Below are positions 1-14,940 of a stretch of 54,053 nucleotides of DNA, piece after piece. Under the pieces are notes generated by a model. It saw only the letters and a program-made list of their open reading frames with translations. It ran no database searches and was not told the DNA's origin. Within the stretch, counting starts at the first letter, position 1. Every line of letters begins with the position of its first letter. The stretch comes from an uncultured bacterium. Its GTDB lineage: Bacteria > DAOPZR01. The DNA lies in NCBI GenBank assembly GCA_964517215.1, contig CAZFBR010000003.1, positions 1 to 54,053 on the forward strand, read 5' to 3'. The translations under genes and the position numbers were made by a program.

Positions 1-1
1 C

Positions 2-3000
2 CGCGGCGACACGGTCTATGGCACGCTCGAGCCGCCCGATACCCGCTACCTGACCCTGAACGGCCAGAAGCTCGCTCCGCAGGGTGGCCAGCGGCTTCTC
101 CCGATGGCGTTCTGCCGGGAATGCGGCCAGGAATACTACCTGGTCAAGCGCGAGAAAAAGGACGGCAAGACGAGCTACCTGCCGCGTGACGTCGGCGACC
201 TGGAAGAATCCGACGACGTCGAGTCGGGGTTCCTGTACATCAACCCGGAAAGGCCATGGCCGGCGAATCCCGACGAAGTCATAAACCGGGTTCCCGACTA
301 CTGGCTCGAACTGCACCAGGGCAAGGAACGCGTGAAGCGCGACAAGCGCGGCAAGTTGCCCATATTGGTGACAGTCGGCCCGGACGGTGTGGAAGCGGAT
401 ACCGGCGTCCCGGCGTTCTACTTCCCGGCGCCATTTCTGCTTTGCACCAACCCGGACTGTGGCATCGCCTATGCCGGTCGGAAGGCCGAATTTTCCAAGT
501 TGGGAACGCTCGGTACGGAGGGGCGCAGCACCGCGACGACCATCCTGTGCCTGTCGACCGTGCGGCACCTGCGCGAATCCGGCAAGCTGCCGCCGGCGGC
601 GCAGAAGCTGCTGAGCTTCACCGACAACCGACAGGACGCGTCGCTGCAGGCCGGACACTTCAACGACTTCGTGGAGATTGGTCTCTTGCGCGGCGCTGTC
701 CATCGGGCAGTATCTCAGGCGGGAACTGGCGGGTTGAGGCACGACGAGGTTGCGCTTAAGGTGTATGAGGTCCTGAACGGCGAGTTCGGCAAGTTTACCA
801 AGCGAGCGCTGGAATTCTATGCCGTCGACCCGGATGTGAAGTTCCAGAACAAGGTCTATACCGAGCAGGCGTTCCAGAACGTACTCGGCTGTCGTGTCTA
901 CCACGACCTGCGAAAGGGGTGGCGTGTCGTTCTGCCCAACCTTGAACAGTGTGGACTGCTTAGCATCGACTATCCGGTGCTCGATGAATTGTGTGCGGCT
1001 CAGGAGGAATGGGAAAAGTACAAGCCGGCCGCAAGCACGGAAGCGGTGGACATGCATCCGGCCCTCAAGAATGCGTCTGTCGATACAAGGCGGAAGGTAT
1101 GCAAGGTGCTGCTCGACCACCTGCGGCGACAGCTTGCCATCAAGGTCGAGTATCTCGACTCGAATGAACAGCGCAAGATTCAGCAGCAGAGCGGACAGTG
1201 GCTCAAGGCGCCATGGGCAATAGACGAGAACGAACAGCTGTACTCGGCTCCGCGCGCGTATCCCAAGTCACGCGGTGACGACCTGGCGCAGGGAAACGTC
1301 TACCTGTCGAAATACGGGGCGTTCGGGAGGTACCTGCGCCGCAAGGAGACGCTGGTCGAGTACGGGGCGCCACTGACTACAGGTGATACCGAGGACATCA
1401 TAAGGCAACTGCTTGAGATGCTGCGTATAGGCGGACTCGTCCAGGTTGTTTCTCCCGCCGGCGGGGACGAGGACGTTCCGGGATACCAGCTGGTAGCGGC
1501 ATCCATGGTGTGGAGGTCGGGGGACGGTAGCCAGCCCTATTACGACCCTCTGACCGTTGTCCAACGCCCCGCTGCCGGCGGCACGGTGAACAAGTTCTTC
1601 GTCGACTTCTACACGAAGCAGGCGTTCCTGAACCTCGGGATAATCGCGCGCGAACACACGGCGCAGGTAGCCTACGAGCAGCGGGCGGAGCGCGAAGGCG
1701 ATTTCCGTGCGGGCAAACTTCCTGTCCTGTTCTGCTCGCCCACGATGGAACTCGGCATCGACATCGCCGAACTCAACGTCGTGAACATGCGCAATATTCC
1801 TCCCACCCCGGCCAACTACGCGCAGCGCAGCGGCCGCGCGGGCCGGAGCGGCCAGCCGGCGCTCGTTTTCGCCTACTGTTCGAGCCACAGTCCGCATGAC
1901 CAGTATTTCTTCCGTCGACCAAAGGAAATGGTCACCGGGGCCGTAGCACCGCCGCGCATCGACCTGGCGAACGAGGACCTGGTCCGCGCCCACCTGCAGG
2001 CGCTCTGGATTGAGGAGACCGACGCGCACCTTGGCCGGTCGCTGAGCGACATCCTTGACATCGGCGGCGAGAAGCCGACGCTGGCGCTGCTGAACGACCT
2101 GACCGCCAAGTTCGCCGACCAGGGAGCTCGTGAACGCGCCCGGCGCCGCGCGGAGACGATTATCGGCGGTTTGACCGCTGAACTAGCCGAATCCGGCTGG
2201 TATACGTCCACTTGGCTTGACGAAGTGTTTACCCAGCTCGAACGACAGTTCGACAATTCCTGTGAGCGCTGGCGTACCTTATATCGGGGCGCCCTTGCGC
2301 AGCAGCAGAACGCCAACAAGATAATCCTCGACCATACGCGCAGTCAGAGCGAACGCAATCTCGCTACCAGCATGCGCAAGGAGGCTGAGGCGCAACTCGG
2401 CATCCTGACCGAGAAGGGGCGCTTTGTCAGCCAGTCGGACTTCTACAGCTACCGGTATTTCGCCAGCGAGGGCTTCCTGCCCGGCTACAGCTTCCCGCGC
2501 CTGCCGTTGTCCGCCTTCCTGCCCGGGTTCCGGCGTCAGAAGGGCGTGGACGAGTTCCTGTCCCGCTCGCGGTTCATGGCCATCTCCGAATTTGGGCCGC
2601 GCGCCATCGTTTATCATGAAGGCTCGCGCTATATCATCAATCGTGTCCTGATGCCGTTCACCGGAGAAGGGGACGAGCTACAGGTCAGCGAGACGAAATA
2701 CTGCTGCGATTGCGGCTACATTCACCCGATGCATGAGGGCATTGGAGCTGACCTTTGCCAGCGCTGCGGGTCGCAGTCGCTGACCAAGTTCAGCAGCCAG
2801 TTCCGCCTGCGCAATGTCGCCACCAAGCGCCGCGACCGCATCAACTGTGACGAGGAGGAACGTCGGCGCTACGGGTTTGAAATCCGGACAGGCATCCGGT
2901 TCCCCGATTATGGCGGCGTTGCCGGACAGCGGGTGGCCGTGGTCAAGGCCGGCGGAGAGCCGCTGCTTGTCCTGACCTATTGCAGCAACTCGACCATCAC

Positions 3001-3961
3001 GAAGATGAATCTCGGCGAGCGCCGGAGAGAAAACCAGCAGCAGTATGGATTCCTGCTTGACCGCGAGCGCGGCTACTGGGCCAAGAACAAAGACGAGGAC
3101 GACAACGATGCCGACCAGATGGGTCGGAATCTGATTCGTGTTGTCCCCTTTGTCGAGGACCGCAAGAACGCCCTTCTGGTGGAGCCGGTCAAGGCGATGA
3201 CGCCAGAGGAATGCGCGTCGCTTCAGGCAGCCCTGAAGAACGCCATCCAGTTATGCTTCCAGCTCGAGGACGGAGAACTGTCTTCGGAGCCGCTGCCGGA
3301 CGAGAACAACCGCCGCCTTATCCTGTTCTACGAGGCGGCCGAGGGTGGCGCCGGCGTGCTGAAACGCCTGGTCGACGACCGGGAAGCGCTCGGGCACGTG
3401 GCACGGCAGGCGCTCTACAACTGCCACTTCCATCCGCAGGACGGCGAATGGCGGGACATGCGCAAGGCCTACAACGCGACCGAGGAGTGCCGCGCGGCAT
3501 GCTACAGCTGCCTGATGAGCTATTCAAACCAGCGCGACCACGAGATACTCGACCGCCACGCCATCAAGGATATCCTGGTCAAGATGGTAGAGGCGACGGT
3601 TGAGGTGAGCTCGACCGCGAAGTCGCGCGCGGACCAGTTCGACGACCTGCTGAAACTGTGCGACAGCGAACTCGAAAAGCGGTGGCTTCGGTTCATCCAC
3701 GACAATGGATACAGACTGCCTACGCATGCGCAGCGCCTGATTGAAGCGTGCAGCACCAAGCCGGACTTCATCTACGCGCCGAGCAACACGGTCGTTTACG
3801 TGGACGGTCCGCCGCATGACTATCCTGAACGTCAGACGCGCGACAAGGAGCAGGAAGAGGCTCTCGACAACAATGGGTTCACTGTTGTCCGTTTCCATCA
3901 CCAGGATGACTGGGTAGCCAAAGTTAATGAGCATCCAAATATTTTCGGAAAGGACGAGTGA
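2..3961 (+). CDS. Giant superfamily-2 helicase (5-prime truncated) fused to a DUF1998/MrfA-type Zn-binding domain and a C-terminal DUF559/Vsr-like endonuclease fold. DrmA+DrmB-like or DruE-like
   Basis: The frame is open from nt 2 with no stop, so the ATG at 104 is internal. Helicase motifs seen: SFTDNRQDA, LFCSPTMELGIDI and QRSGRAGRSG (helicase C-terminal domain). Cys clusters CCDCGY..CQRCG and CRAACYSC are typical of DUF1998. The C-terminus PDFIY..VVYVDGPPHD..R..EALDNNGFTVVRF matches the DUF559/Vsr-like pattern. Confidence 0.8.
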   Translation, partial: RGDTVYGTLEPPDTRYLTLNGQKLAPQGGQRLLPMAFCRECGQEYYLVKREKKDGKTSYLPRDVGDLEESDDVESGFLYINPERPWPANPDEVINRVPDYWLELHQGKERVKRDKRGKLPILVTVGPDGVEADTGVPAFYFPAPFLLCTNPDCGIAYAGRKAEFSKLGTLGTEGRSTATTILCLSTVRHLRESGKLPPAAQKLLSFTDNRQDASLQAGHFNDFVEIGLLRGAVHRAVSQAGTGGLRHDEVALKVYEVLNGEFGKFTKRALEFYAVDPDVKFQNKVYTEQAFQNVLGCRVYHDLRKGWRVVLPNLEQCGLLSIDYPVLDELCAAQEEWEKYKPAASTEAVDMHPALKNASVDTRRKVCKVLLDHLRRQLAIKVEYLDSNEQRKIQQQSGQWLKAPWAIDENEQLYSAPRAYPKSRGDDLAQGNVYLSKYGAFGRYLRRKETLVEYGAPLTTGDTEDIIRQLLEMLRIGGLVQVVSPAGGDEDVPGYQLVAASMVWRSGDGSQPYYDPLTVVQRPAAGGTVNKFFVDFYTKQAFLNLGIIAREHTAQVAYEQRAEREGDFRAGKLPVLFCSPTMELGIDIAELNVVNMRNIPPTPANYAQRSGRAGRSGQPALVFAYCSSHSPHDQYFFRRPKEMVTGAVAPPRIDLANEDLVRAHLQALWIEETDAHLGRSLSDILDIGGEKPTLALLNDLTAKFADQGARERARRRAETIIGGLTAELAESGWYTSTWLDEVFTQLERQFDNSCERWRTLYRGALAQQQNANKIILDHTRSQSERNLATSMRKEAEAQLGILTEKGRFVSQSDFYSYRYFASEGFLPGYSFPRLPLSAFLPGFRRQKGVDEFLSRSRFMAISEFGPRAIVYHEGSRYIINRVLMPFTGEGDELQVSETKYCCDCGYIHPMHEGIGADLCQRCGSQSLTKFSSQFRLRNVATKRRDRINCDEEERRRYGFEIRTGIRFPDYGGVAGQRVAVVKAGGEPLLVLTYCSNSTITKMNLGERRRENQQQYGFLLDRERGYWAKNKDEDDNDADQMGRNLIRVVPFVEDRKNALLVEPVKAMTPEECASLQAALKNAIQLCFQLEDGELSSEPLPDENNRRLILFYEAAEGGAGVLKRLVDDREALGHVARQALYNCHFHPQDGEWRDMRKAYNATEECRAACYSCLMSYSNQRDHEILDRHAIKDILVKMVEATVEVSSTAKSRADQFDDLLKLCDSELEKRWLRFIHDNGYRLPTHAQRLIEACSTKPDFIYAPSNTVVYVDGPPHDYPERQTRDKEQEEALDNNGFTVVRFHHQDDWVAKVNEHPNIFGKDE

Positions 3962-4800
3962 ATATGCCTACTTTCGATGAACAAGCGAGAGCGGAAAGAT
4001 ATTTTGTAGCGACCCTATTGGCTCAAATACTGATGGATAGAAATTTTGAAGCCGCACGCAAATTGTTCATGAAGTATTTTGGTGGCGACCAGCAAACTAT
4101 AAACGATTTCGAACTTGTCACTGAACTGGATGCAATCCGCGATGGTTCAGTACAAGATGAAAACTTGTCCAAGATATTCAAGGAAGAGGGCCGTATTGCC
4201 GTTCCGGATATATTCTTGCGGTGCGGTAATAACTGTTTGGTGATAGAAGCGAAAATGTTCACATACCCAACAGACGATGAGATGAATAAACAATTACTTG
4301 CCCAGAAGAAACTCATAGATAGATTCACTCGGGAAGGATACTATGCTGACCATGTCTTTAAACAATTGCTCATTGCAACAGATAAATATACATTGGCGGG
4401 ATTTGAGTGTTTGACCTGGCAAATCCTCAAAGACGAAATCATTGCTGAAGATAACAACGGGACTCCAGAAAGTAATTACTGTAGGCGCGTGCTGTTTTCG
4501 GCGATAGCTCGAGCCCAAACAGAAGCAGAGACTTCTGGGCCAGGGGATTCTATACGCGTCACACCGCAAGGAAATAGTTCAGCGATCCAACAATTGATAG
4601 AACGGTCTTCAACGATGATTAAAGATGGATACGTGTTCGTAGGTATCGATGGTGGCAGCGAGCAACTTAAAATAACAACAGCGGATGAATTGCGTGCTCG
4701 TTCGCATTACAAGGTGGGTAAAAGAAAGCGGTCGGCAGAGAATTGGCTCCTTATTGGTACAGTACTAAACCGCATTATTGAAACAGGGGCACATATCTAG
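3958..4800 (+). CDS. Hypothetical protein with a candidate PD-(D/E)xK nuclease signature, encoded by a low-GC insert
   Basis: 280-aa ORF. GTG 3958 overlaps the upstream TGA (GTGA); an alternative ATG is at 3964. Its TAG shares G4800 with the next GTG start. The motif VPDIFLRCGNNCLVIEAKMF has the form D-x12-E-x-K. GC is 42% (3961-4020) against 67% (4801-4860). Confidence 0.65.
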   Translation: MNMPTFDEQARAERYFVATLLAQILMDRNFEAARKLFMKYFGGDQQTINDFELVTELDAIRDGSVQDENLSKIFKEEGRIAVPDIFLRCGNNCLVIEAKMFTYPTDDEMNKQLLAQKKLIDRFTREGYYADHVFKQLLIATDKYTLAGFECLTWQILKDEIIAEDNNGTPESNYCRRVLFSAIARAQTEAETSGPGDSIRVTPQGNSSAIQQLIERSSTMIKDGYVFVGIDGGSEQLKITTADELRARSHYKVGKRKRSAENWLLIGTVLNRIIETGAHI

Positions 4801-7615
4801 TGGTAGAACACGCCGTCGGCAGCATCGTTTCCGCTCGCGGGCGCGACTGGGTGGTGTTGCCTGGTTCTACGGAAGACTTCCTGCTCCTGCGCCCGCTCGG
4901 CGGCGCTGAAGACGAGGTTGCGGGCATCCACGCCGGCCTCGAAGAGGTGAAGCAGGCGTCCTTCGGCCTGCCGGACGCAAAACTGCTCGGGGACCACCAT
5001 TCCTGCTCGCTCCTGCGCTCGGCGTTCCGGCTGAGCGCCCGCGCGGCTGCCGGCCCGTTCCGCTGCTTCGCGCGCATCGCGGTCGAACCCCGCCCGTACC
5101 AGCTGGTCCCGCTCCTGATGGCCCTCAAGCGCGACCCGGTCCGCATCCTGGTTGCGGACGATGTCGGGGTCGGCAAGACGGTCGAGGCGTGCCTGATTGC
5201 CCGGGAGATGCTCGACAGGGGAGAGGCGAAGCGGCTGGCGGTGCTCACGCCGCCGCACCTGGCCGAGCAGTGGCAGCGGGAACTGAAGCGGATGTTTCAT
5301 ATCGACGCCGAGCTGGTCCTGTCCGGGACCGCAGCCCGGCTCGAGCGGCACTGCGACTACAACCAGTCGCTGTTCGACATCCACCCGTTCGTGGTCGTTT
5401 CCCTCGACTTCATCAAGTCGGACCGCAGGCGCGACGACTTCATCCGGGCCTGCCCCGAGCTGGTCATCGTGGACGAGGCCCACACCTGCGCTTTCGGCGG
5501 GGCGCAGCGCGGCGGCCGGCACCAGCGCTACCAGCTGATAAAGACACTTGCGGCCGACCCGAACCGGCACGTCATCCTGGTGACGGCGACTCCGCATTCC
5601 GAGGACGAGCAGGCGTTCCGCTCGTTGCTGACCCTGCTCGACCCGGCTCTCGAGAACCTCCCGAACGACCTATCCGGCGAGCATAATCGCAAGCACCGCG
5701 AACTCCTGGCCGAATACTTTGTCCAGCGCCGCCGGGCGGACATCCGCGCCTACCTTGACGAGAACACTATGTTCCCGGTGCGCGAAGAGGGCGACGAGAC
5801 CTATCGTCTGTCGCCCGAGTACAAGGCGCTGCTCGACAAGGTGGTATCGTACGCAAGGGAGACGGTACAGAAGACCGGCGAATCCGGGCATCGGTTGCGG
5901 GTGCGCTGGTGGTCGGCGTTGGCGCTGCTCCGGTCGCTCGGCTCCAGCCCGGCGGCGGCCGCGGCCACACTGCGCAACCGCGCTGACGTGGCCGACACGG
6001 AGAACGAGGCGGAAGCGGACGAAATCGGGCGCAAGTCCATTCTCGACCTAGAAGCCGAAGAGAACGCCGAGCGGCTCGACTTCAACCCCGGGGCAGACCT
6101 GGGCGAGTTCGCGGATGACGAGCAGCGCAATCGTCGCCGGCTGCGTGCTCTGGCGAACGAGGCGGAAGCCCTGTCAGGGGCAAAGGACGCAAAACTTCAG
6201 AAGGGCATCGAATTGGTCAAGACGATGCTCAGAGACGGTTTCAACCCCATCGTGTTCTGCCGGTTCATCGATACTGCCGAGTACGTTGCGGCTGCCCTTG
6301 CCAAGGCGTTGCCGAAGGGCGTCGCGGTCGAGGCCGTGACCGGACGACTGGCACCGGAAGAACGCGAGTCCCGAATTGAGGAATTGGGCAAACAGCCTCG
6401 GCGGGTGATGGTGGCGACCGACTGCCTGAGCGAAGGAGTCAACCTGCAGGACCACTTCGACGCAGTCATGCATTACGACCTGTCATGGAACCCGACCCGT
6501 CACGAGCAGCGGGAAGGCCGGGTCGACCGGTTTGGACAGAAGCGCCCGAAAGTGCGCGCCCTGATGTACTACGGGCTCGACAACCCGATTGACGGCATCG
6601 TGCTCGACGTGCTGCTCCGCAAGCACAAGACCATCAAGACCGCCATCGGCATCGCCGTGCCCGTCCCCGTGGACACCAACCAGGTCATCGAAGCCATCTT
6701 CGAGGGACTGCTGCTGAAGCAGAAGGATAACGGGCAGCTGTCGTTCGACTTCATCAAGCCGCAGAAAGAAACCCTACATACGCAGTGGGACAACGTCACG
6801 GAGAAGGAAAAGAAGTCTCGCACGGTCTTCGCCCAGGAGACGATAAAGGTCGAGGAAGTCGCCGGTGAACTCGCTGCCATGCGCCAAGCCGTCGGGTCGG
6901 CGCGCGAGGTAGCCAAGTTCACGCGAGATGTATTGCAAGCCACCGGCGCCGCGGTGCAGGTCAAGGGCGAGCTTTTGCACGCCGACTTGGCCGACGTGTC
7001 GCAGGTCGTCAAGGACATCTGCCTGGGCGGGAAGGAACTGACCGCGGCGTTCGACCTTCCGGTCGATGACGACGTCGAATACCTCGCCCGCACGCATCCG
7101 GTGGTGGAAGGTCTGGCGAACTACCTGATAGACACGGCGCTCGACCCGCCGGAGGGCAAGTCGCTGGCCCGCCGGACGGGGGTCATCCGCACGAAGAGCG
7201 TTTCCATCAAGACCACGCTGCTGCTGCTCCGCTGCCGTTACCAGTTGACCACGACCGTGGCCGGCCGCAGCGAGGTGGCCCTGGTCGAGGACTGCCAGCT
7301 GGTCGGATTCAAGGGCGCGGCGGACAAGCCGGAATGGCTCGACCAGGACGCCGTGCTGAAACTCATCGAAGTCGGCCCGGACGAAAATACGAACGAGGAC
7401 CAGGCGCGCATCGCCATCGAGAAGGCCCTTGCCGGCTGCCCGGGCATGCTGCCCGCCCTGAACGAGCATGCGCGGCAGAACGGCGAGCGCATCCTCGACG
7501 CGCACCGGCGGGTCAGACGGGCCTCGAAGGCGCGGCGCATCGACTACGCCATCGAGGCGAAGCTGCCGGTCGATATCCTCGGCGTATACGTTTACTTCCC
7601 CGTGGTGAAGGTCTG

Positions 7616-7616
<1 letters not shown>
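4800..7616 (+). CDS. SNF2-family helicase (DrmD-like)
   Basis: 938 aa. Motifs: motif I VADDVGVGKT, motif II VIVDEAH, then ILVTATP. The helicase C domain shows ATDCLSEGVNLQ, YDLSWNP and QREGRVDRFGQ. Confidence 0.9.
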
Positions 7617-11755
<4,139 letters not shown>

Positions 11756-12958
11756 ATGAGAGTTGAACCCAGAGGAGTATTTGGCTGCATCCGCGTTTGT
11801 GTTAGTCGAGTTGCTATAACCATTATTCTCTTTAGCAATGCTGCTTTCAGTAGTACCGAAGGCACCCCGGCGCTTCCCCAAAAACCGAATGTGCGGATTG
11901 ATGCTTATCTGCCTTGGTATTCATTTTATTTCAACGATGTTGCGGGTCAGCCGAGCATCACGTATTCGATTTACAACCAGGATACCAATGGGCAAGCTGT
12001 TCAACAGGGCGTTCTTGTTGTTGAAGTCGCTGTGGACAAGGGCAATGGCATAGTCCCCAGTGATAGCGATTTCGTGATGCTTGATTACCGGACGGTCGAG
12101 AACCTTGAGCCTGGACAAAGACATAATATGAGATTCTTCTTAGGCGAAAGGTGGCCTCCACAAAGGTACGTCTTGCGCCGGTCGTTTCACATGTACCGCG
12201 GGAATTCGCCGGTTCATCAAGCCATTGCGGCGCTATCTGACAAATCCGAAGTATTGGCCGCGTGGGACGAGCATTTCAAGACCAATCCGAATTGGGTTCA
12301 AGAAATGGCGATGGTCGGTGAATATACTATTCAGGAGGTTCCCGGGACTTATTCCCCTGTGATTGAAAAGCATTCTTTTCGAACGGAGGCTATAGTCATA
12401 GTTATCGGCCTCATTATGACTGCGATAGGATGGCTTATCTCTCATTTGAGAAAAGGGAAAACAGAGGCGGAGCGTGACGAACGAGCAAAAACAGAAAATG
12501 AAAGGCAGAATACTGAAGTAGGAGTACAAGTAGTACAAGTTGCTTTGACGCTGAATTCGGAGAAGGCAAACTCATCGCCTACACAGCCGTCGTCCACACC
12601 GCATGTTCCGATTCTGAATGCAGAGGAAATTGCACGGTCTCTTGTTCCTTTTCAAATCATGATTATAATGGATATCAGTCATGAAACTGGTGGGATAATA
12701 TCTGACGCGGCACTAACAAATCTCATAATATCAAAGCACGGCAAAACTGCCCAGGATGCCAATATATTCAAGCGACATATTGAAGTTTCAGAGACAATGA
12801 GCCGTAATCAAGGTGGCGACTGGGTTCTGAGTGCCCGGGGTTGGTCGATTGTTGAATTGGAAAGGCAAAAAGAACGAGAGCGAATGAGAAAAGAGGAACA
12901 CGATAGAGCGAAGGCTCATAAGAAATCATTGACACTGAAGCAGCCAATAAATAAGTGA
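11756..12958 (+). CDS. Orphan membrane protein: N-terminal signal/anchor, about 190-aa extracytoplasmic domain, one TM helix, charged cytoplasmic tail
   Basis: The ATG follows the methyltransferase TAA with no gap. Hydrophobic N-terminus VAITIILFSNAAFS, central TM AIVIVIGLIMTAIGWLISHL followed by RKGK, and a K/E/R-rich C-terminus. I recognise no family motif. Confidence 0.7.
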   Translation: MRVEPRGVFGCIRVCVSRVAITIILFSNAAFSSTEGTPALPQKPNVRIDAYLPWYSFYFNDVAGQPSITYSIYNQDTNGQAVQQGVLVVEVAVDKGNGIVPSDSDFVMLDYRTVENLEPGQRHNMRFFLGERWPPQRYVLRRSFHMYRGNSPVHQAIAALSDKSEVLAAWDEHFKTNPNWVQEMAMVGEYTIQEVPGTYSPVIEKHSFRTEAIVIVIGLIMTAIGWLISHLRKGKTEAERDERAKTENERQNTEVGVQVVQVALTLNSEKANSSPTQPSSTPHVPILNAEEIARSLVPFQIMIIMDISHETGGIISDAALTNLIISKHGKTAQDANIFKRHIEVSETMSRNQGGDWVLSARGWSIVELERQKERERMRKEEHDRAKAHKKSLTLKQPINK

Positions 12959-12987
12959 TTATGGCGCGATAAAGGGGGGGAGGCATT

Positions 12988-14940
12988 ATGTATTTACACC
13001 ACATCTATGCTCAGAATTTCCGCGCTTTCGGCGATGGAGCATCATCCCCAATCTTGGACTGGGGACTCAATCGAGGAATGAATATCCTTATTGGCGAGAA
13101 TGACGCGGGAAAAACCGCTATCATTGACGCCATCAGACAAGTCTTATGGACGACCAGCTTTGAATACGTCCGTCTCTTTGAATATGATTTTCACGTTGCG
13201 GGAACTAGTCGCGCCGATACTCTCGTCATTGAGGTGACATTGAGGGATTTATCTGCAGAACAGGAATCTGCTGTATTGGAGTGGCTGACCTACGAGAAGG
13301 ATGGGTCACGTAGTCTTATTCTGAATTTGCAGGCCAAGCGCATTCCGCCACGAGACAAACAACGTGGCCGGGTAACCACCATGGTACGCGCCGGGAAAAA
13401 CGGCATCGGCCCTGAGATAGGCGCTGCCGTTAGAGAGCTAGTTCGCGCCACATATCTTCGTCCACTTCGGGACGCTGAAGCTGGGCTAAAGGCCGGTCGC
13501 CAGTCGCGTCTATCGCAAATTCTCGGAGCTCATCCGCTAGTAGCCGAACAGGAGAAGAGTGATTTTGACCCCAGCAATCCGGCTGCTAAACCCGAAACGC
13601 TTGTTGGGCTTGTCGAGCAGGCCCAACACTACATGAGTGAACATCCCGTCATCTATGAAGTTGAAAAGAACATCAATGACAATTATCTGAATCGGATGAG
13701 CTTTACAGGCGACAAGATTGAATCGGAGATTCGCATTGCTGGGGAGGCTAACCTGACGCAGATTCTTGAACGTTTTGAACTTGCGCTGCTTCCACCCGGA
13801 AGTGTTGCCCGGAACGAACGCTGTCCACGCGGGCTTGGATATAATAATGCGCTTTTTATGGCGACGGAGCTGGTGCTGCTGCGCAATGGCGATGAATTGG
13901 GACTATTGCTCGTTGAGGAACCCGAGGCGCATCTTCATCCGCAACTGCAAACCAGGATAATGGAGCTCCTACAGCAACCAGCATCGAAGAACGAGAAGCA
14001 AGTCCAAGTGGTGATGAGCACGCACAGCCCATCTCTGGCCGCCGGGGCCGACATTGAATCCATGACGCTGGTTCACAATGCGAGAACCTATCCGTTACGG
14101 CCTGAATGCACGAGGCTAGCCAAGACCGACTACGAGTATCTACGCCGCTTTATCGACGCAACCAAGTCAAACCTCTTTTTTGCGAGGGGAGTGGCAATAG
14201 TAGAAGGCCCTACTGAAGAATTGCTTCTGCCGGCTATTGCAGAAATGGCCGGGCTGTCGTTTTCTGAGTATGGCATTTCAGTGGTCAATGTAGGCAATGT
14301 CGGACTATATCACTATGCTCGGATATTTCAGCGTAATGACGCGGGTGAGTTGTTGCAAATACCAGTGGCATGTCTCACTGACCGCGACATCGTTCCTGAT
14401 GCGGCAAATTCCTATGTCCAAAAGCCGGAAAAGCAGAAACGGTTTGAAAGCGATTATGGGCAGGACGAGACAGACGCAGTCATTAAGCGGAAGCAGGCTA
14501 GGGTCGAGTCGCCAGATAATCAAAGTGTAAAGGTATTCGTGTCTGACTACTGGACTTTTGAGTATGACTTAGTCAGAGCTGGTCTGGCAGAGCTTATGGT
14601 ACAAGCACTGATGCTCGCAAAGAAGGCATGTGAAAAGGAAGAGTGCCTCGACGATACGGACGAGAGCGTAGCATTGGTCGAGGCTGCCAAGCAGATGGAG
14701 GCATTGCAGGCAAAGGGGCTCTCGGTGGAGGCTCTTGCTACAACCATATACAGGCCGCTTTATGAAAAAAAGGTCTCAAAGGTTGTGACCGCACAATATG
14801 CTGCCAAACTCCTGCGCTCGGGGAAATATGGCCGTGGCGACACTCTGCTAAACGCGTTACCTGGATACTTAAAACGTGCGCTACGCCATTTGAGTGGGAC
14901 TACCGACCCTGCGCCCTCTACTGACAAGGAACCCGTATGA
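12988..14940 (+). CDS. OLD-family ATP-dependent endonuclease (ABC-type ATPase + Toprim), class 2 OLD / GajA-like
   Basis: RBS GGGGGGAGG lies upstream. Motifs: Walker A GENDAGKT, Walker B/D-loop LLLVEEPEAHLHP, and Toprim elements AIVEGPTEE and CLTDRD. The next gene is UvrD-like, the arrangement that defines class 2 OLD/Gabija. Confidence 0.85.
   Translation: MYLHHIYAQNFRAFGDGASSPILDWGLNRGMNILIGENDAGKTAIIDAIRQVLWTTSFEYVRLFEYDFHVAGTSRADTLVIEVTLRDLSAEQESAVLEWLTYEKDGSRSLILNLQAKRIPPRDKQRGRVTTMVRAGKNGIGPEIGAAVRELVRATYLRPLRDAEAGLKAGRQSRLSQILGAHPLVAEQEKSDFDPSNPAAKPETLVGLVEQAQHYMSEHPVIYEVEKNINDNYLNRMSFTGDKIESEIRIAGEANLTQILERFELALLPPGSVARNERCPRGLGYNNALFMATELVLLRNGDELGLLLVEEPEAHLHPQLQTRIMELLQQPASKNEKQVQVVMSTHSPSLAAGADIESMTLVHNARTYPLRPECTRLAKTDYEYLRRFIDATKSNLFFARGVAIVEGPTEELLLPAIAEMAGLSFSEYGISVVNVGNVGLYHYARIFQRNDAGELLQIPVACLTDRDIVPDAANSYVQKPEKQKRFESDYGQDETDAVIKRKQARVESPDNQSVKVFVSDYWTFEYDLVRAGLAELMVQALMLAKKACEKEECLDDTDESVALVEAAKQMEALQAKGLSVEALATTIYRPLYEKKVSKVVTAQYAAKLLRSGKYGRGDTLLNALPGYLKRALRHLSGTTDPAPSTDKEPV

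Noticed and set aside
4797-5597. 266-aa minus-strand ORF at the start of the SNF2 gene, and similar ORFs at 1268-2029, 7592-8662 and 39243-40355
   Set aside because: All are antisense to genes with strong motif support, and they show typical shadow-ORF composition.
7334-7615. N-terminal 94-codon extension of the methyltransferase ORF given in the ORF track
   Set aside because: It lies entirely inside the SNF2 helicase gene in another frame and is Arg/Pro/Ala-rich junk. The ATG at 7616 overlaps the SNF2 stop and begins a sensible sequence (MAVRESVFTT...).
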